A stretch of 49,524 nucleotides of DNA from Nitrospirae bacterium MYbin3 (GCA_002753335.1 PEAD01000023.1:1-49524), one strand, 5' to 3'. Counted from the first letter of the stretch, positions 10,387 through 20,885 are shown. The notes: a model not told the origin generated them from the sequence alone. Made by a program: numbers and translations.

Positions 10387-11148
10387 ATGATGCAAAATGA
10401 ATCACTACTGTTGCACAACAAAACAGTTGACCGGTTTGGGCAGGAAAAATTCTATATCCAGCTTACGAGGATATTTCTTGATGAAATAACCTCCGGCCGC
10501 TGGCAGCTCGAACAGCAAATCCCCACAGAAGAAGATCTTTGCAAAAAATACAACATAAGCAAGATAACGGTAAGACAGGCGATAAACAATCTCGCAACAG
10601 AAGGTTATCTGACTAAAATTCAGGGCAAGGGCACATTTGTAACATGCACCCTGCCGGCAGAAGGGTTGGCAGTAAAAACAAGACTTACCGGCGACATGTT
10701 CGGGGAGGAGGTAAAAGCAAAAAAAGAAATATTGTTCAAAGGCGTCAAGGAGCCGCCGGAAGATGTCAGAAATTATTTAAAAACAGATGAGCCTGTCTAT
10801 TGCGTTCTATGCAAAAGGCTCGTGAATAAAGAACCCGCGTACCTTGAAGAATCTTTTATCAGGCACCATCTATTTCCGGGCATAGAAAAAGCGGACATTG
10901 CTACCGACTCTCTCTACTCAGTGCTGCAAGAGAGCGGCGTTAAAAAAATTTTCAAGGTGGTTCAGACGGTCGAAGCACAACTGGGAAAAGGCGATTATGC
11001 CGAGAGCCTTGGGATAAGAGACGGTGCGCCTTTGCTGGTTGTACACCGCCTGCTTTTGAGCTATGACAGCAGCCCTGTGGCCTATATCAGATTTACGGGG
11101 AGAAGTGATAAATACAAACTTCAAACAGAATTCGAAAAAATACGCTGA
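10387..11148 (+). CDS. GntR family regulator (HutC type, wHTH + UTRA)
   Basis: IPTEEDL...SKITVRQA...QGKGTFV HTH followed by a ~140 aa UTRA-like domain. Confidence 0.92.
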   Translation: MMQNESLLLHNKTVDRFGQEKFYIQLTRIFLDEITSGRWQLEQQIPTEEDLCKKYNISKITVRQAINNLATEGYLTKIQGKGTFVTCTLPAEGLAVKTRLTGDMFGEEVKAKKEILFKGVKEPPEDVRNYLKTDEPVYCVLCKRLVNKEPAYLEESFIRHHLFPGIEKADIATDSLYSVLQESGVKKIFKVVQTVEAQLGKGDYAESLGIRDGAPLLVVHRLLLSYDSSPVAYIRFTGRSDKYKLQTEFEKIR

Positions 11149-11178
11149 GAAGAATAAATAAGGAGGACATAAAAAATT

Positions 11179-12141
11179 ATGATTAGACGTCCGATTGTAT
11201 TTTTGTTTATTGTTTTTTTAACGGTGCTCATTGCAAGCGCTGCTTTCTGCTCAACCGAGCCAGTAACCGCGCCTGCCGCACCAACAGGCTCGACAATGCC
11301 TTGGTGGGGCTGGCCGCTTATACTTTTTATCGTAACCTTTTTATTGGGCATAGTCGCGGTTTTAGGAGGAGTCGGAGGAGGAGTTCTCTTCGTGCCTATA
11401 ATCGGCGGGTTCTTCCCATTTCACATCGACTTTGTACGAGGCGCTGGACTTTTAGTTGCGCTTGCTGGAGCGCTTGCCGCAGGCCCGGGGCTTCTTAAAA
11501 AAGGAATGGCAGACCTCAGACTCGCATTGCCTGTAGCACTTATAGCATCCTCTTGTGCTATTGTCGGCGCGATGCTCGGACTTGCACTTCCTGCCCATAT
11601 AGTGAATACGGCGCTCGGAGGGACAATACTCGGCATAGTTGCGATTATGCTCATGGCAAAGAAATCCGAATACCCTGAAGTGAAACAGGCGGATGCGCTT
11701 TCCACTGCGCTCAGAATCAACGGCATTTACCATGAGCCATCAACGGGGCAGGATATCAACTGGAAGATCCACAGAACCCCTCAGGGATTGGCGACATTTG
11801 TACTTATAGGAGTAATGGCCGGCATGTTCGGTCTGGGTGCGGGCTGGGCAAACGTGCCTGTGCTAAATCTGATGATGGGTGCTCCTCTTAAGGTCTCGGT
11901 CGCAACAAGCAAATTCCTGCTCTCGATAACAGACACCTCTGCCGCATGGATTTATGTCAACAACGGAGCGGTGCTGCCTATGCTGGTAGCCCCTTCGATA
12001 ATAGGCATAATGCTTGGCTCGATCGTAGGTGTGCGGATACTTGCAAAAACAAAACCCGCAGCGGTCAGATATATCGTCATAGCGATGCTGCTTTTCGCAG
12101 GTTCGAGAGCCCTGCTCAAGGGCTTGGGCATCTGGAACTAA
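11179..12141 (+). CDS. Sulfite exporter TauE/SafE (TSUP) family transporter
   Basis: GGVGGGVLFVP and GMFGLGAGWANVP repeats; multiple TM helices; signal-like N-terminus. Confidence 0.9.
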   Translation: MIRRPIVFLFIVFLTVLIASAAFCSTEPVTAPAAPTGSTMPWWGWPLILFIVTFLLGIVAVLGGVGGGVLFVPIIGGFFPFHIDFVRGAGLLVALAGALAAGPGLLKKGMADLRLALPVALIASSCAIVGAMLGLALPAHIVNTALGGTILGIVAIMLMAKKSEYPEVKQADALSTALRINGIYHEPSTGQDINWKIHRTPQGLATFVLIGVMAGMFGLGAGWANVPVLNLMMGAPLKVSVATSKFLLSITDTSAAWIYVNNGAVLPMLVAPSIIGIMLGSIVGVRILAKTKPAAVRYIVIAMLLFAGSRALLKGLGIWN

Positions 12142-12162
12142 TTTATAAGGAGGCATTAACTA

Positions 12163-12579
12163 ATGGGTAAAGATATAAAAGCAACTGAAGAACAGATAGC
12201 TTATGGAAAACTTTTAGATGTGGGAATGAAGGCCGGTTTGCTTATGCTGGTAGTCACATTCGTAATATACCTTTTGGGCATTATGCCGGTGCATGTGCCG
12301 GTAAATGACCTTCCAAAGGTCTGGGGGCTCTCTGTGCATAAATATCTTGAGGTTACCGGCGCCCCGCACGGATGGGGCTGGCTCGTTATGATCGGGAAAG
12401 CGGATTTTCTTAACTTTATAGGGATAGCGTTTCTATCCGGTGTAACCATCCTCTGTTATCTCAGGATAATACCGATATTATTTTCTAAAAAAGATACAAT
12501 CTACGGCGTTTTAGCTATTGTCGAGGTTCTCGTCCTCGTGCTTGCGGCATCCGGAATCCTAAAGTCAGGCGGGCATTGA
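12163..12579 (+). CDS. DUF1634-like membrane protein (TSUP partner)
   Basis: About 3 TM helices, directly after the TSUP gene, matching the common TSUP-DUF1634 pairing. Confidence 0.75.
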   Translation: MGKDIKATEEQIAYGKLLDVGMKAGLLMLVVTFVIYLLGIMPVHVPVNDLPKVWGLSVHKYLEVTGAPHGWGWLVMIGKADFLNFIGIAFLSGVTILCYLRIIPILFSKKDTIYGVLAIVEVLVLVLAASGILKSGGH

Positions 12580-12581
12580 TC

Positions 12582-13484
12582 ATGGAAGAGAAGACAGACT
12601 ATTTGGGACCTATAAAACATATTCTACTGGCCACGGACGGCTCTGATTTAAGCGAAGGAGCGATAAAAGAGGCGCTGTATCTTGCACAATCATGCGTCTC
12701 AAAGCTTTCGATCATCCATGTGCTTGAGCTGAACGCCGAGCTTGAAACAGAAGGACTGAAGTTTGTCGAGACTATGGAAATGGCCGCCAAAAAGCATCTT
12801 GACAAAGTAAGGGAAATGGCCGCACAGGATAATATCGAGTGCGATGTTATTGTGCGGAGGACCGACGAGCCATACAAGGCAATAGTAGAGGAAGCCGAAA
12901 AAAGACAAAGCGATGTGGTTGTGATGGGAAGGCGTGGCAAATCAGCACTAGAAAAGATTTTTATGGGAAGTGTCACCTCAAGGGTTATAGGCCACACGCA
13001 TGCAAATGTTTTGGTCGTACCGCGAAAGGCAGCCATAAGCTGCAAAAACATTCTGGTTGCTACAGACGGCTCGGAATTCAGCGCAATGGCAGTATCAAAG
13101 GCCATTGATATTGCAAAACGCTGCGGCTCGAACCTTACGGTGGCATCTGTAGTGCCTGCCGAAATACTGCTGAATGTTGACCCTGAAACCGGCTACGCAC
13201 AGAATCAACTGGAATTGATGATCTCAGAAATGACCGCTATGACCGAAAAAAATGTCAAAGACGCTGTAGAATTAGCAGAGAAAAACGGCGTGAAGGCGGA
13301 TGGCGCTGTTCTTTGGGGCAGAACATACGACAGCCTTGTCGAAACCGCTAATAAGAAGACTATAGATCTGATAGTCGTGGGAAGCCACGGCAGAACAGGG
13401 CTGAAGAGACTTTTTATGGGAAGCGTTGCCGAGAGAGTGGTAGGCTTGGCACAATGCTCGGTTCTGGTTGTTAAAGCAAAATAG
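12582..13484 (+). CDS. Tandem two-domain universal stress protein
   Basis: Two IL(L/V)ATDGS...G(RR/SH)G...FMGSV repeats. Confidence 0.92.
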   Translation: MEEKTDYLGPIKHILLATDGSDLSEGAIKEALYLAQSCVSKLSIIHVLELNAELETEGLKFVETMEMAAKKHLDKVREMAAQDNIECDVIVRRTDEPYKAIVEEAEKRQSDVVVMGRRGKSALEKIFMGSVTSRVIGHTHANVLVVPRKAAISCKNILVATDGSEFSAMAVSKAIDIAKRCGSNLTVASVVPAEILLNVDPETGYAQNQLELMISEMTAMTEKNVKDAVELAEKNGVKADGAVLWGRTYDSLVETANKKTIDLIVVGSHGRTGLKRLFMGSVAERVVGLAQCSVLVVKAK

Positions 13485-13488
13485 TACT

Positions 13489-13525
13489 GAGGGGGTGAGA
13501 CAAGTTTTTTTCTCTCGCCCCCCTC
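13489..13525 (+). terminator. GC-rich hairpin after the tandem USP gene, probable terminator
   Basis: GAGGGGGTGAGA pairs imperfectly with TCTCGCCCCCCTC; weak U-tract. Confidence 0.5.
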
Positions 13526-13538
13526 GTCTAAAGCCAAA

Positions 13539-13578
13539 TTCACAATTAGTTCACATTAATATGTTTTCCTGATATGAT
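13539..13578 (+). promoter_or_regulatory. TTCACA-N5-TTCACA tandem box merged with a promoter (TTCACA-N17-TATGAT)
   Basis: Hexamer direct repeat with 11-bp period at 13539 and 13550; extended -10 TGaTATGAT. Confidence 0.55.
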
Positions 13579-13605
13579 AGCTCACATAAAGAAAAACTAT
13601 TGACA

Positions 13606-14040
13606 ATGCAAAGCATAGAGCAACCATCTAATTACAATTGGACGATTCTTTTCACAGCATGGCTTATATCCTGCATCGGAACGCTGGGGAGTCTGTTTTT
13701 CAGCGAAATCATGGCATTTGCTCCATGCGTCTTGTGCTGGTACCAAAGAATTTTTCTGTACCCTTTAGTGATAACATTAGCCATCGGGCTTTTCCCGCTC
13801 GATAAAAATGCAGTCAAGTACTCGTTGCCCTTAGTTTTGGCCGGCTGGTTGGTTGCGCTCTATCATAATCTTGTGTATTACCATATAATTCCTGAAAAGA
13901 TGCAGCCTTGCAGGCAGGGCGTCTCATGTACAGAGACATATATAGAACTGTTCGGCTTTTTAACAATACCCTTGCTTTCTTTGATAGGATTTTCGATTAT
14001 AACAGCACTGCTTATTACTCTAAAAAGGAGAATCAACTAA
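13606..14040 (+). CDS. Disulfide bond formation protein B family (BdbC-like)
   Basis: GSLFFSE, PCVLCWYQRI, second Cys pair PCRQGVSC, LTIPLLSL; 4 TM. Alternative TTG start at 13600. Confidence 0.92.
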   Translation: MQSIEQPSNYNWTILFTAWLISCIGTLGSLFFSEIMAFAPCVLCWYQRIFLYPLVITLAIGLFPLDKNAVKYSLPLVLAGWLVALYHNLVYYHIIPEKMQPCRQGVSCTETYIELFGFLTIPLLSLIGFSIITALLITLKRRIN

Positions 14041-14706
14041 ATGGACAACAAAAAAGTATTCATTTTGTCTATCGTGCTTATGTTGATGTTATTTGTTACT
14101 GGAGGCTTATTATTTAAGAGCCAAGAGGCCGGGAAAATAGAGTCTGCAGCCAGCAAAAACTCAAATATTTTTATCAGGGAGCATTCGCAGACGCTTGGCC
14201 TTAATAGCGCAAAGGTTGTAATAACAGAGTTTCTTGATCCGGGATGCGAGACCTGCAGTGCATTTGCACCCTTCATTAAAAGCGCCCTTGATACTTTCCC
14301 GGGAAAAATAAAACTGGTTGTTAAATATGCCCCTCTTCATCACGGCGCAGACTATATGGTCAAGATTCTCGAAGCAGCAAGAAAACAGGGGAAATACTGG
14401 GAAACCTTGCAGGTCATGTATGACAAACAACCTGTCTGGGCTAGCCACTCAAATCCTCAGCCCGATCAGATATGGCAATTTCTTCCACAAACAGGACTGG
14501 ATATAAAAAAGCTGAAAAACGATATGAATGACCCTGAGATAGAAAGACTAATTCAACAAGACATCGCTGATGCCCAAACCCTCAATGTCACAAAAACCCC
14601 CGGTTTTTTTGTGAATGGCAAGCCGCTTGTGTCCTTTGGAGCGGAGCAACTAAAAGAGCTTATCTTATCTGAACTCAAAAGCAATTACCCCAATGATTTT
14701 AATTGA
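14041..14706 (+). CDS. DsbA family thiol-disulfide oxidoreductase (BdbD-like)
   Basis: N-terminal TM, EFLDPGCETC active site, KTPGFFVNG cis-Pro loop; abuts the bdbC-like gene. Confidence 0.9.
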   Translation: MDNKKVFILSIVLMLMLFVTGGLLFKSQEAGKIESAASKNSNIFIREHSQTLGLNSAKVVITEFLDPGCETCSAFAPFIKSALDTFPGKIKLVVKYAPLHHGADYMVKILEAARKQGKYWETLQVMYDKQPVWASHSNPQPDQIWQFLPQTGLDIKKLKNDMNDPEIERLIQQDIADAQTLNVTKTPGFFVNGKPLVSFGAEQLKELILSELKSNYPNDFN

Positions 14707-14963
14707 TGGGCATGCAAATGCAGAAGGTGAGGCTAAGAGGACTAAACTGTAATAGTCAAGAAATTCCTTTGGTATCTGTCAACACAAGACTCCGCTTCCT
14801 GCAATCTTCATATATGTTAAACTGAATTTTAATCAATGTTTCTAGCGGCTAAGTTTTTAAACAATACAAGTAATGGCATTTATTGTATACTACGATTCAT
14901 TTGTATTTGATAGATTGTTTCTGTTTCAAGCATAGATGCTTTGGGGAGAGGTGTTGAGGTTAG

Positions 14964-17900
14964 ATGAAATTCGATATTCATTTCAAAGTTATTTTTTATC
15001 CGATTTGCTTTTTCTTGTCAGTAAAAATTCTTCTCATCTTCTTGCTTTTATCATCTTTTTTGCCTCCAACTGCTCAAGCACAAAAGTATAAGCAAAGCAT
15101 TGAACTGCAAAATCTGCATCTAAAGACAATCATTGTAAACAACTACCATCCATATACCTTTATTAACGATAAAGGTGAACCTGACGGTTTTAGCGTGGAT
15201 ATTGCAAAAGCCGTTGCTAAGTCAATGGGGATTGATCTTGAAATTCGTGCAGACAAATGGGATCAGTCAATGAAAGAACTTGAAGCAGGCAGCATAGACT
15301 TGATTCCTATGATGGCATATTCTCCTGAACGGGACAAGAAATTCGACTTCTCAGTACCTTATACAACAGCCTACGATACGATCTTTTTCAAAAAAGGAAC
15401 CAAAGGTATACGTTCACTGAAGGATCTTGCCGGCAAAACTGTCATTGTGACTAATAATGACGCTGCCCACAGTTATCTTCTTTCAAGCGGGCTGTCTAAA
15501 ACCATGCCTATCATTTTTGCAAATTCACTGCCTGATGCGTTGAAGCAACTTTCGGATGGTAAAGCTGATGCCGCCATAATGCCCAAATTGGTTGGCCTTG
15601 TCACCGCAAAAAAATTGAATCTTTCAAACATTGACATATCATCAGAAGTTATTGCTGCATACAGTCGGCCATGGTGCTTTGCGGTCAGAGATGGAGATCA
15701 GACGATGCTGGATCGTCTTAATCAGGGGTTGAACATAATCAAAGGTTCAGGCCAGTATGATGAGATCTATAAAAAGTGGTTTGGTTTGCTGGAAGAGGAT
15801 CATTTGCATATGCAATGGAAGATCGCCTTGAAATATGCTTCTGTTTTAGCACTGATAGTTATTGTTTTTATAGTATGGAATATAGTTTTAAGGCAACAGG
15901 TCAAAACAAGAACAGCGCATCTTGAATCTGAAATAGCAGAGCGCAAGAAAGCTGAGGAGGCGCTGCGGAAGAACGAGAAGGATCTAAAAGAATCACAGCG
16001 AATTGCGCATGTTGGCAGTTGGCGTATGGACTTGGCAACCAATAAAGTCGTTTGGACCGAAGAACTCTACAATATGTATGGGTTCGATTCGTCGCTTCCG
16101 CCTCCACCCTATACCGAGCATATGAAACTATTTACTCCTGAAAGTTGGGAGAGGCTGTCCACAACCCTGGCTCATACCAGAAACACTGGAATGCCTTACA
16201 CGCTCGAACTGGAAACCGTAAGGAAAGATGGAAGCAGCGGTTGGATGTGGGTTCATGGTGAGGCTGAGGTTGATTCTGCTGGTAAAACGGTTGGCCTCTG
16301 GGGAGTGGCCCAGGACATCACCAAGCACAAGCGAGCTGAGGAAAGCCTTCAGATTGCATATAAAAGAACACAACAATATCTTGATATAGCTGGAGTCATG
16401 TTTGCAGTTCTTGATCCTGAAGGTAAAATCACTCTAACTAACCGAAAAGGATTGGAAATATTAGGGTATTCTGAAGATGAACTTGTTGGCAAAGATTGGT
16501 TTGAAACTTGTTTGCCTGTGGAAGCAAGCAAAGAAGTAAAAGGAGTATTCAATCAGCTAGTGAAAGGCGATATAAAGCCTGTGGAATATTACGAAAATCC
16601 TGTTATTACAAAGACCGGAGAGAGACGGATAATAGCTTTTCACAACTCTGTAATGCACGATGAGCATGGCAAAATTATCGGTATTATTTTTTCAGGAGAA
16701 GACATTACCGCACGCAAACGAGCTGAAGATTTACTGAAGGAAAATGAGGAAAGACTTAGCCTTACACTTGAAGCAGCAAATGCTGGAAGCTGGGATTGGG
16801 ATATGACAAGCAATCAGTTGTATTGGTCAAAAGAACTTTATGATCTTTTCGGAGTTAATCCTGAAAAACGTAATGCTTCCTTTGAAACATGGAAAGAAGT
16901 AGTGCATCCAGATGATTATGACATTGCAAGTGAAAAGATTGTACAGGCAATTAAATCTAAAACTCTTCTTATTAATGAGTACCGTGTAGTATTGCCAAGT
17001 GGACATGAAAAATGGATAAACGCAGTTGGACGGTGCTTCTACGACAACAATGGCAAACCCCTCAGAATGGCTGGTATTTGTACAGACATCACTGAGCGGA
17101 AAAATATCGAAAATGTTTTGATTTCAAGAGAAAACTTATTGAGAAATATTATCGATTCGTCTACAGATTTTATTTTTGTAAAAGATGCTAACTTGAAAAC
17201 CATTCTTTGCAATAAAGCATTTGCAAGCGCTTTAGGTAAACTGCCATCAGAGTTGATAGGTAATACTGATATTGAAAATGGTTGGGATCAGGAGTTAGTC
17301 AAAGGAAATCCTTCAAAGGGTATTAAGGGTTTCGAAAAGGATGACCTTGCTGCGTTGAGTGGCAATACTGTCCGTAATTTATCAGACCCCGCTAATGTAG
17401 AAGGAGAAATTCGTTTATTTGATACTATTAAACTTCCACTTAAAAATTCATCCGGTGACATTATTGGCATTTTAGGATTAAGCCGTGACATTACCGAGCG
17501 CAAGAACCTCGAAGAGCAGCTCCGCCAGTCACAGAAGATGGAGGCCATAGGAGTGCTTGCAGGTGGCGTAGCCCATGACTTCAACAATATTCTTATGGCA
17601 ATTATAGGTTTTGGACATATGGCTAAGAAAAAACTCAAAGACGATCCAACTGTCAAGGAGCTTCTAGAAGAAATGCTTGCCGGAGCAGACCGTGCTGCAG
17701 ATTTAACTCGTGGACTCCTTGCCTTCAGCAGAAAGCAGACCATATCCCCAAAACCCAATAACCTAAACACCATAGTCAGAAATATGGAAAAGATATTGAA
17801 AAGAATTTTGAGGGAAGACATACGATTTAAAACAGTTCTTGAAGGCAGAGATATTATGGTAAAGGTTGACGCACCGCAGATAGACCAAGTAATTCTGAAC

Positions 17901-18653
17901 CTTGTGACCAATGCTCGTGATGCAATGCCAGACGAAGGTCATCTGATAATAGAGACTGGGGTTGTTGATATAGACAAGGATTTTTCTAAAACCAATCTTT
18001 TTGAAACACCTGGAAAGTACGCAGTGTTGACAGTATCGGATACAGGAACAGGAATGGACTTAAAGACAAGGGAGAACATCTTTGAACCATTCTTCACAAC
18101 CAAAGAAGTAGGCAAAGGCACAGGACTTGGTTTGGCAATGGTCTATGGAATAATCAAACAGCATGACGGCAATATCAATGTGTACAGCGAACCGGGACAA
18201 GGCACAACTTTTAGGGTATATCTGCCCTTGCTGCAGGGAGAAAAAGAAGAAACAAAGCCAGATACCTCTGAAATAACATCAGGCAAAGGCGAAACAATAT
18301 TAATCGCCGAAGACGATGCCAATGTGCGAAAAGTTATTAAAATGTACCTTCATGAATACGGATACAAGACTATAGAAGCAGTAAATGGAGAAGAAGCCGT
18401 AAAGAAGTATCAGGAGAATCCAGATAAGATTTCTCTTTTGCTTTTAGACGTTATAATGCCGCTAAAGAACGGCAGAGTTGCATACAATGAGATAAAGAAA
18501 CTCAACCCTGATATGAAGGTGTTATTTATGAGCGGGTACACCGATGCAGTAATAGAAAAAAAGGGACTATTGGATGAAGGATTTGACTTCATAGCAAAGC
18601 CGGTTGACCTTGATTCTTTCTTGACAAAGATAAGAACTGTATTGGATAGATAG
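14964..18653 (+). CDS. Hybrid sensor histidine kinase: family-3 substrate-binding domain, TM, 4 PAS, HisKA, HATPase, REC
   Basis: PYTF...GFSVDI PBP; four DIT(K/A/E)xK PAS ends; AHDFNN H-box; [29 protein letters not shown] receiver. Confidence 0.95.
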   Translation: MKFDIHFKVIFYPICFFLSVKILLIFLLLSSFLPPTAQAQKYKQSIELQNLHLKTIIVNNYHPYTFINDKGEPDGFSVDIAKAVAKSMGIDLEIRADKWDQSMKELEAGSIDLIPMMAYSPERDKKFDFSVPYTTAYDTIFFKKGTKGIRSLKDLAGKTVIVTNNDAAHSYLLSSGLSKTMPIIFANSLPDALKQLSDGKADAAIMPKLVGLVTAKKLNLSNIDISSEVIAAYSRPWCFAVRDGDQTMLDRLNQGLNIIKGSGQYDEIYKKWFGLLEEDHLHMQWKIALKYASVLALIVIVFIVWNIVLRQQVKTRTAHLESEIAERKKAEEALRKNEKDLKESQRIAHVGSWRMDLATNKVVWTEELYNMYGFDSSLPPPPYTEHMKLFTPESWERLSTTLAHTRNTGMPYTLELETVRKDGSSGWMWVHGEAEVDSAGKTVGLWGVAQDITKHKRAEESLQIAYKRTQQYLDIAGVMFAVLDPEGKITLTNRKGLEILGYSEDELVGKDWFETCLPVEASKEVKGVFNQLVKGDIKPVEYYENPVITKTGERRIIAFHNSVMHDEHGKIIGIIFSGEDITARKRAEDLLKENEERLSLTLEAANAGSWDWDMTSNQLYWSKELYDLFGVNPEKRNASFETWKEVVHPDDYDIASEKIVQAIKSKTLLINEYRVVLPSGHEKWINAVGRCFYDNNGKPLRMAGICTDITERKNIENVLISRENLLRNIIDSSTDFIFVKDANLKTILCNKAFASALGKLPSELIGNTDIENGWDQELVKGNPSKGIKGFEKDDLAALSGNTVRNLSDPANVEGEIRLFDTIKLPLKNSSGDIIGILGLSRDITERKNLEEQLRQSQKMEAIGVLAGGVAHDFNNILMAIIGFGHMAKKKLKDDPTVKELLEEMLAGADRAADLTRGLLAFSRKQTISPKPNNLNTIVRNMEKILKRILREDIRFKTVLEGRDIMVKVDAPQIDQVILNLVTNARDAMPDEGHLIIETGVVDIDKDFSKTNLFETPGKYAVLTVSDTGTGMDLKTRENIFEPFFTTKEVGKGTGLGLAMVYGIIKQHDGNINVYSEPGQGTTFRVYLPLLQGEKEETKPDTSEITSGKGETILIAEDDANVRKVIKMYLHEYGYKTIEAVNGEEAVKKYQENPDKISLLLLDVIMPLKNGRVAYNEIKKLNPDMKVLFMSGYTDAVIEKKGLLDEGFDFIAKPVDLDSFLTKIRTVLDR

Positions 18654-18689
18654 TTCCATTGAAAGGAACTTGCCAGTTATAAGAGTAAT

Positions 18690-19463
18690 ATGCGGCAGAG
18701 AAAAATTAAGCTCCTGATACAGTACGACGGCACAGATTATTGCGGCTGGCAGGTTCAACCGAACGGCATTTCTATTCAGGGGCTTATTCAGGATGCGCTA
18801 TCAGAAATAACCGGTGTAGCTGTGCGGCTTACGGCAGCCGGACGAACGGATGCCGGTGTTCATGCGCTAGCACAGGTTGCGGCATTCAATACAGAGTCGT
18901 CACTTGAAGCCGAAATATTCCAAAAGGCACTCAACGCTAATTTGCCCTATCCTATCAGGATTATAAATGCCAGTGAAACATCAAAGGAATTTCATCCGCG
19001 TTTTGATGCCAAACATAAAACCTATTTTTATATGATAACCACTGATAAAATTTTATCTCCGTTCATTGCACGATATGCCTGGCACCTGCCTTATAAATTA
19101 GACATCGACGCAATGATAGCAGGTTCTTTGAAACTTATAGGAACGCATGATTTCTCGGCATTTCGCGGAAGCGGCTGCGGAGCTAAAAGCACCGTCAGGA
19201 CAATTCATGACATAAACGTTGAAAAAATCGAAGGCATGGATTTTATGTCAGCAAATATAGGCGGCTCTTTTATAAAAATACGCATCACGGCAGATGCGTT
19301 TCTGCGCCACATGGTGAGAAACATTTCAGGTACACTTGTCGATACGGGCAGGGGGAAAACTAAGGCCGATAAAATTGGAGAAATTCTTGAGTCTAAAAAG
19401 AGGCCTCTTGCAGGGCCAACCGCACCTGCAAGAGGCCTCTTCCTTGAAAAGGTTGTTTACTAA
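18690..19463 (+). CDS. truA: tRNA pseudouridine(38-40) synthase
   Basis: YDGTDYCGWQ, AGRTDAGVHA, FLRHMVR, TAPARGLFL. Confidence 0.96.
   Translation: MRQRKIKLLIQYDGTDYCGWQVQPNGISIQGLIQDALSEITGVAVRLTAAGRTDAGVHALAQVAAFNTESSLEAEIFQKALNANLPYPIRIINASETSKEFHPRFDAKHKTYFYMITTDKILSPFIARYAWHLPYKLDIDAMIAGSLKLIGTHDFSAFRGSGCGAKSTVRTIHDINVEKIEGMDFMSANIGGSFIKIRITADAFLRHMVRNISGTLVDTGRGKTKADKIGEILESKKRPLAGPTAPARGLFLEKVVY
19395..19441 (-). terminator. 17-bp perfect hairpin inside truA; candidate terminator for the convergent rhlE transcript
   Basis: AAGAGGCCTCTTGCAGG (19398-19414) - N10 - CCTGCAAGAGGCCTCTT (19425-19441); ends in UUUUU on the minus strand. Confidence 0.5.
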
Positions 19464-19527
19464 AATCCAAGCTTAATCCGAAAACTCCGAATAGCAAAAA
19501 ACGATCAAATCAAAATGACGCACATGT

Positions 19528-20739
19528 TCAGCGGGAAGCCCTGCGAGCACCACCTACTCTGCCAGTCATAACTTTACCTGCACCTTTGCCAATGCTCGTA
19601 TCCCGCGGCGGTGCAGCCTTATTGTAATCAAACCCTTCAATTGTGCGGCGCTCAACCGTTTCACCAAGCACGCGCTCAATACTGCGTACCATATCAGCAT
19701 CTTCGCGTGTAATAAAAGTGAATGCATCTCCTGTTTTTGCTGCGCGTCCGGTGCGCCCGATCCTGTGCGTGTACGCATCAGAAGTATCAGGCATATCATA
19801 GTTGATAACATGCGAGATCTGAGACACATCAATCCCTCGAGCAGCAATATCTGTAGCAACAAGCACCTGAAAAATACCGCTGCGAAAACCGTTCATTGCG
19901 GCCTGTCTGCGTGCCTGTGAAAGGTTTCCCTGAAGAGATGCTGCCCGATACCCCGCCTTTTCCAACTGCTCACCCACCCTTTTGGCACGATGCTTGGTGC
20001 GGGTAAAAACCAGTACAGATTCTGTGTCGGTATGGCGCATCAACTCAAGCAGCAGCGCGGTTTTGAGATGCTGTTCAACAGGATAAAGCGCGTGTGAAAC
20101 CGTACTGGCCGGAACAGAATCGTTCACCTGTACCGTCACAGGTGAATGCAAAACATCCTTGGCCAGTTTTCTTATATCATCAGGCATTGTCGCCGAAAAC
20201 ATCAAAGTCTGGCGCTTAGCCGGCACATGTTTTATTATCTTTCTGATGTCAGGAAGAAAGCCCATGTCAAACATATGGTCAGCCTCATCCAGCACCAAGA
20301 CTTCCATATGCGACAAGTTAATAGTGCCCTGCTTTATGTGATCCAGCAGCCGCCCGGGGCAGGCAACAACAATTTCAACACCAAGCCTCAGCTTCTCTAC
20401 TTGCGGATTAAAGCCGACTCCTCCATAAATAGTTGCGCTCCTAAGGCCGGTCTGGCGGCCAAGAGTTACAATTGCATCATGTATCTGCTCCGCCAGCTCC
20501 CTTGTTGGAGCAATAACAAGAGCCCTTACCTGTTTGCGCCGCCCCTGCATCAACCGATGCAATATTGGAAGCACAAAAGCGGCGGTTTTACCGGTGCCGG
20601 TCTGTGCCAGCCCCATAACATCATGCCCGGTCATCACAGGGGGCACCGCCTTTTCCTGAATAGGCGTAGGCGCAGTGTAACCCGCAGCCTTGACCCCTGC
20701 CGAAACATGGGGGTGAAAATCAAATGCATTAAATTCCAT
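19528..20739 (-). CDS. rhlE: DEAD-box ATP-dependent RNA helicase (RhlE-like)
   Basis: Q motif PTPIQ, AQTGTGKT, PTRELA, DEAD, SAT, ARGID, HRIGRTGR. Confidence 0.9.
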   Translation of the reverse strand: MEFNAFDFHPHVSAGVKAAGYTAPTPIQEKAVPPVMTGHDVMGLAQTGTGKTAAFVLPILHRLMQGRRKQVRALVIAPTRELAEQIHDAIVTLGRQTGLRSATIYGGVGFNPQVEKLRLGVEIVVACPGRLLDHIKQGTINLSHMEVLVLDEADHMFDMGFLPDIRKIIKHVPAKRQTLMFSATMPDDIRKLAKDVLHSPVTVQVNDSVPASTVSHALYPVEQHLKTALLLELMRHTDTESVLVFTRTKHRAKRVGEQLEKAGYRAASLQGNLSQARRQAAMNGFRSGIFQVLVATDIAARGIDVSQISHVINYDMPDTSDAYTHRIGRTGRAAKTGDAFTFITREDADMVRSIERVLGETVERRTIEGFDYNKAAPPRDTSIGKGAGKVMTGRVGGARRASR

Positions 20740-20842
20740 AAACTCCTTTTTTTCTGCGTTTAACCTGAAAAAGTCGCAACGCTACTAACCATATTTAATT
20801 GAGATTTCTTAGACAATACCAGATTGTTCTGTAGAAGGAAGA

Positions 20843-20877
20843 AGAAGGTGCCTCTCCGCATAGAAGAGACACCTTCT
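20843..20877 (-). terminator. Hairpin between csp and rhlE (leaky terminator or mRNA stabiliser)
   Basis: AGAAGGUGUCUCU / AGAGGCACCUUCU, 13 bp with a G-U pair valid on the minus strand; tail is pyrimidine-rich rather than pure U. Confidence 0.6.
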
Positions 20878-20885
20878 CAAACTAA

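Noticed and set aside
14707..14725. Second sigma54 promoter (TGGGCATGCAAATGC)
   Set aside because: GG-N10-GC works only with a non-consensus -24 box; no UAS; it sits at the dsbA stop about 240 bp from the next gene.
14747..14790. IS terminal repeat-like strings (TGTAATAGTCAAG, GGTATCTGTCAAC)
   Set aside because: No partner inverted repeat, target duplication or transposase remnant found.
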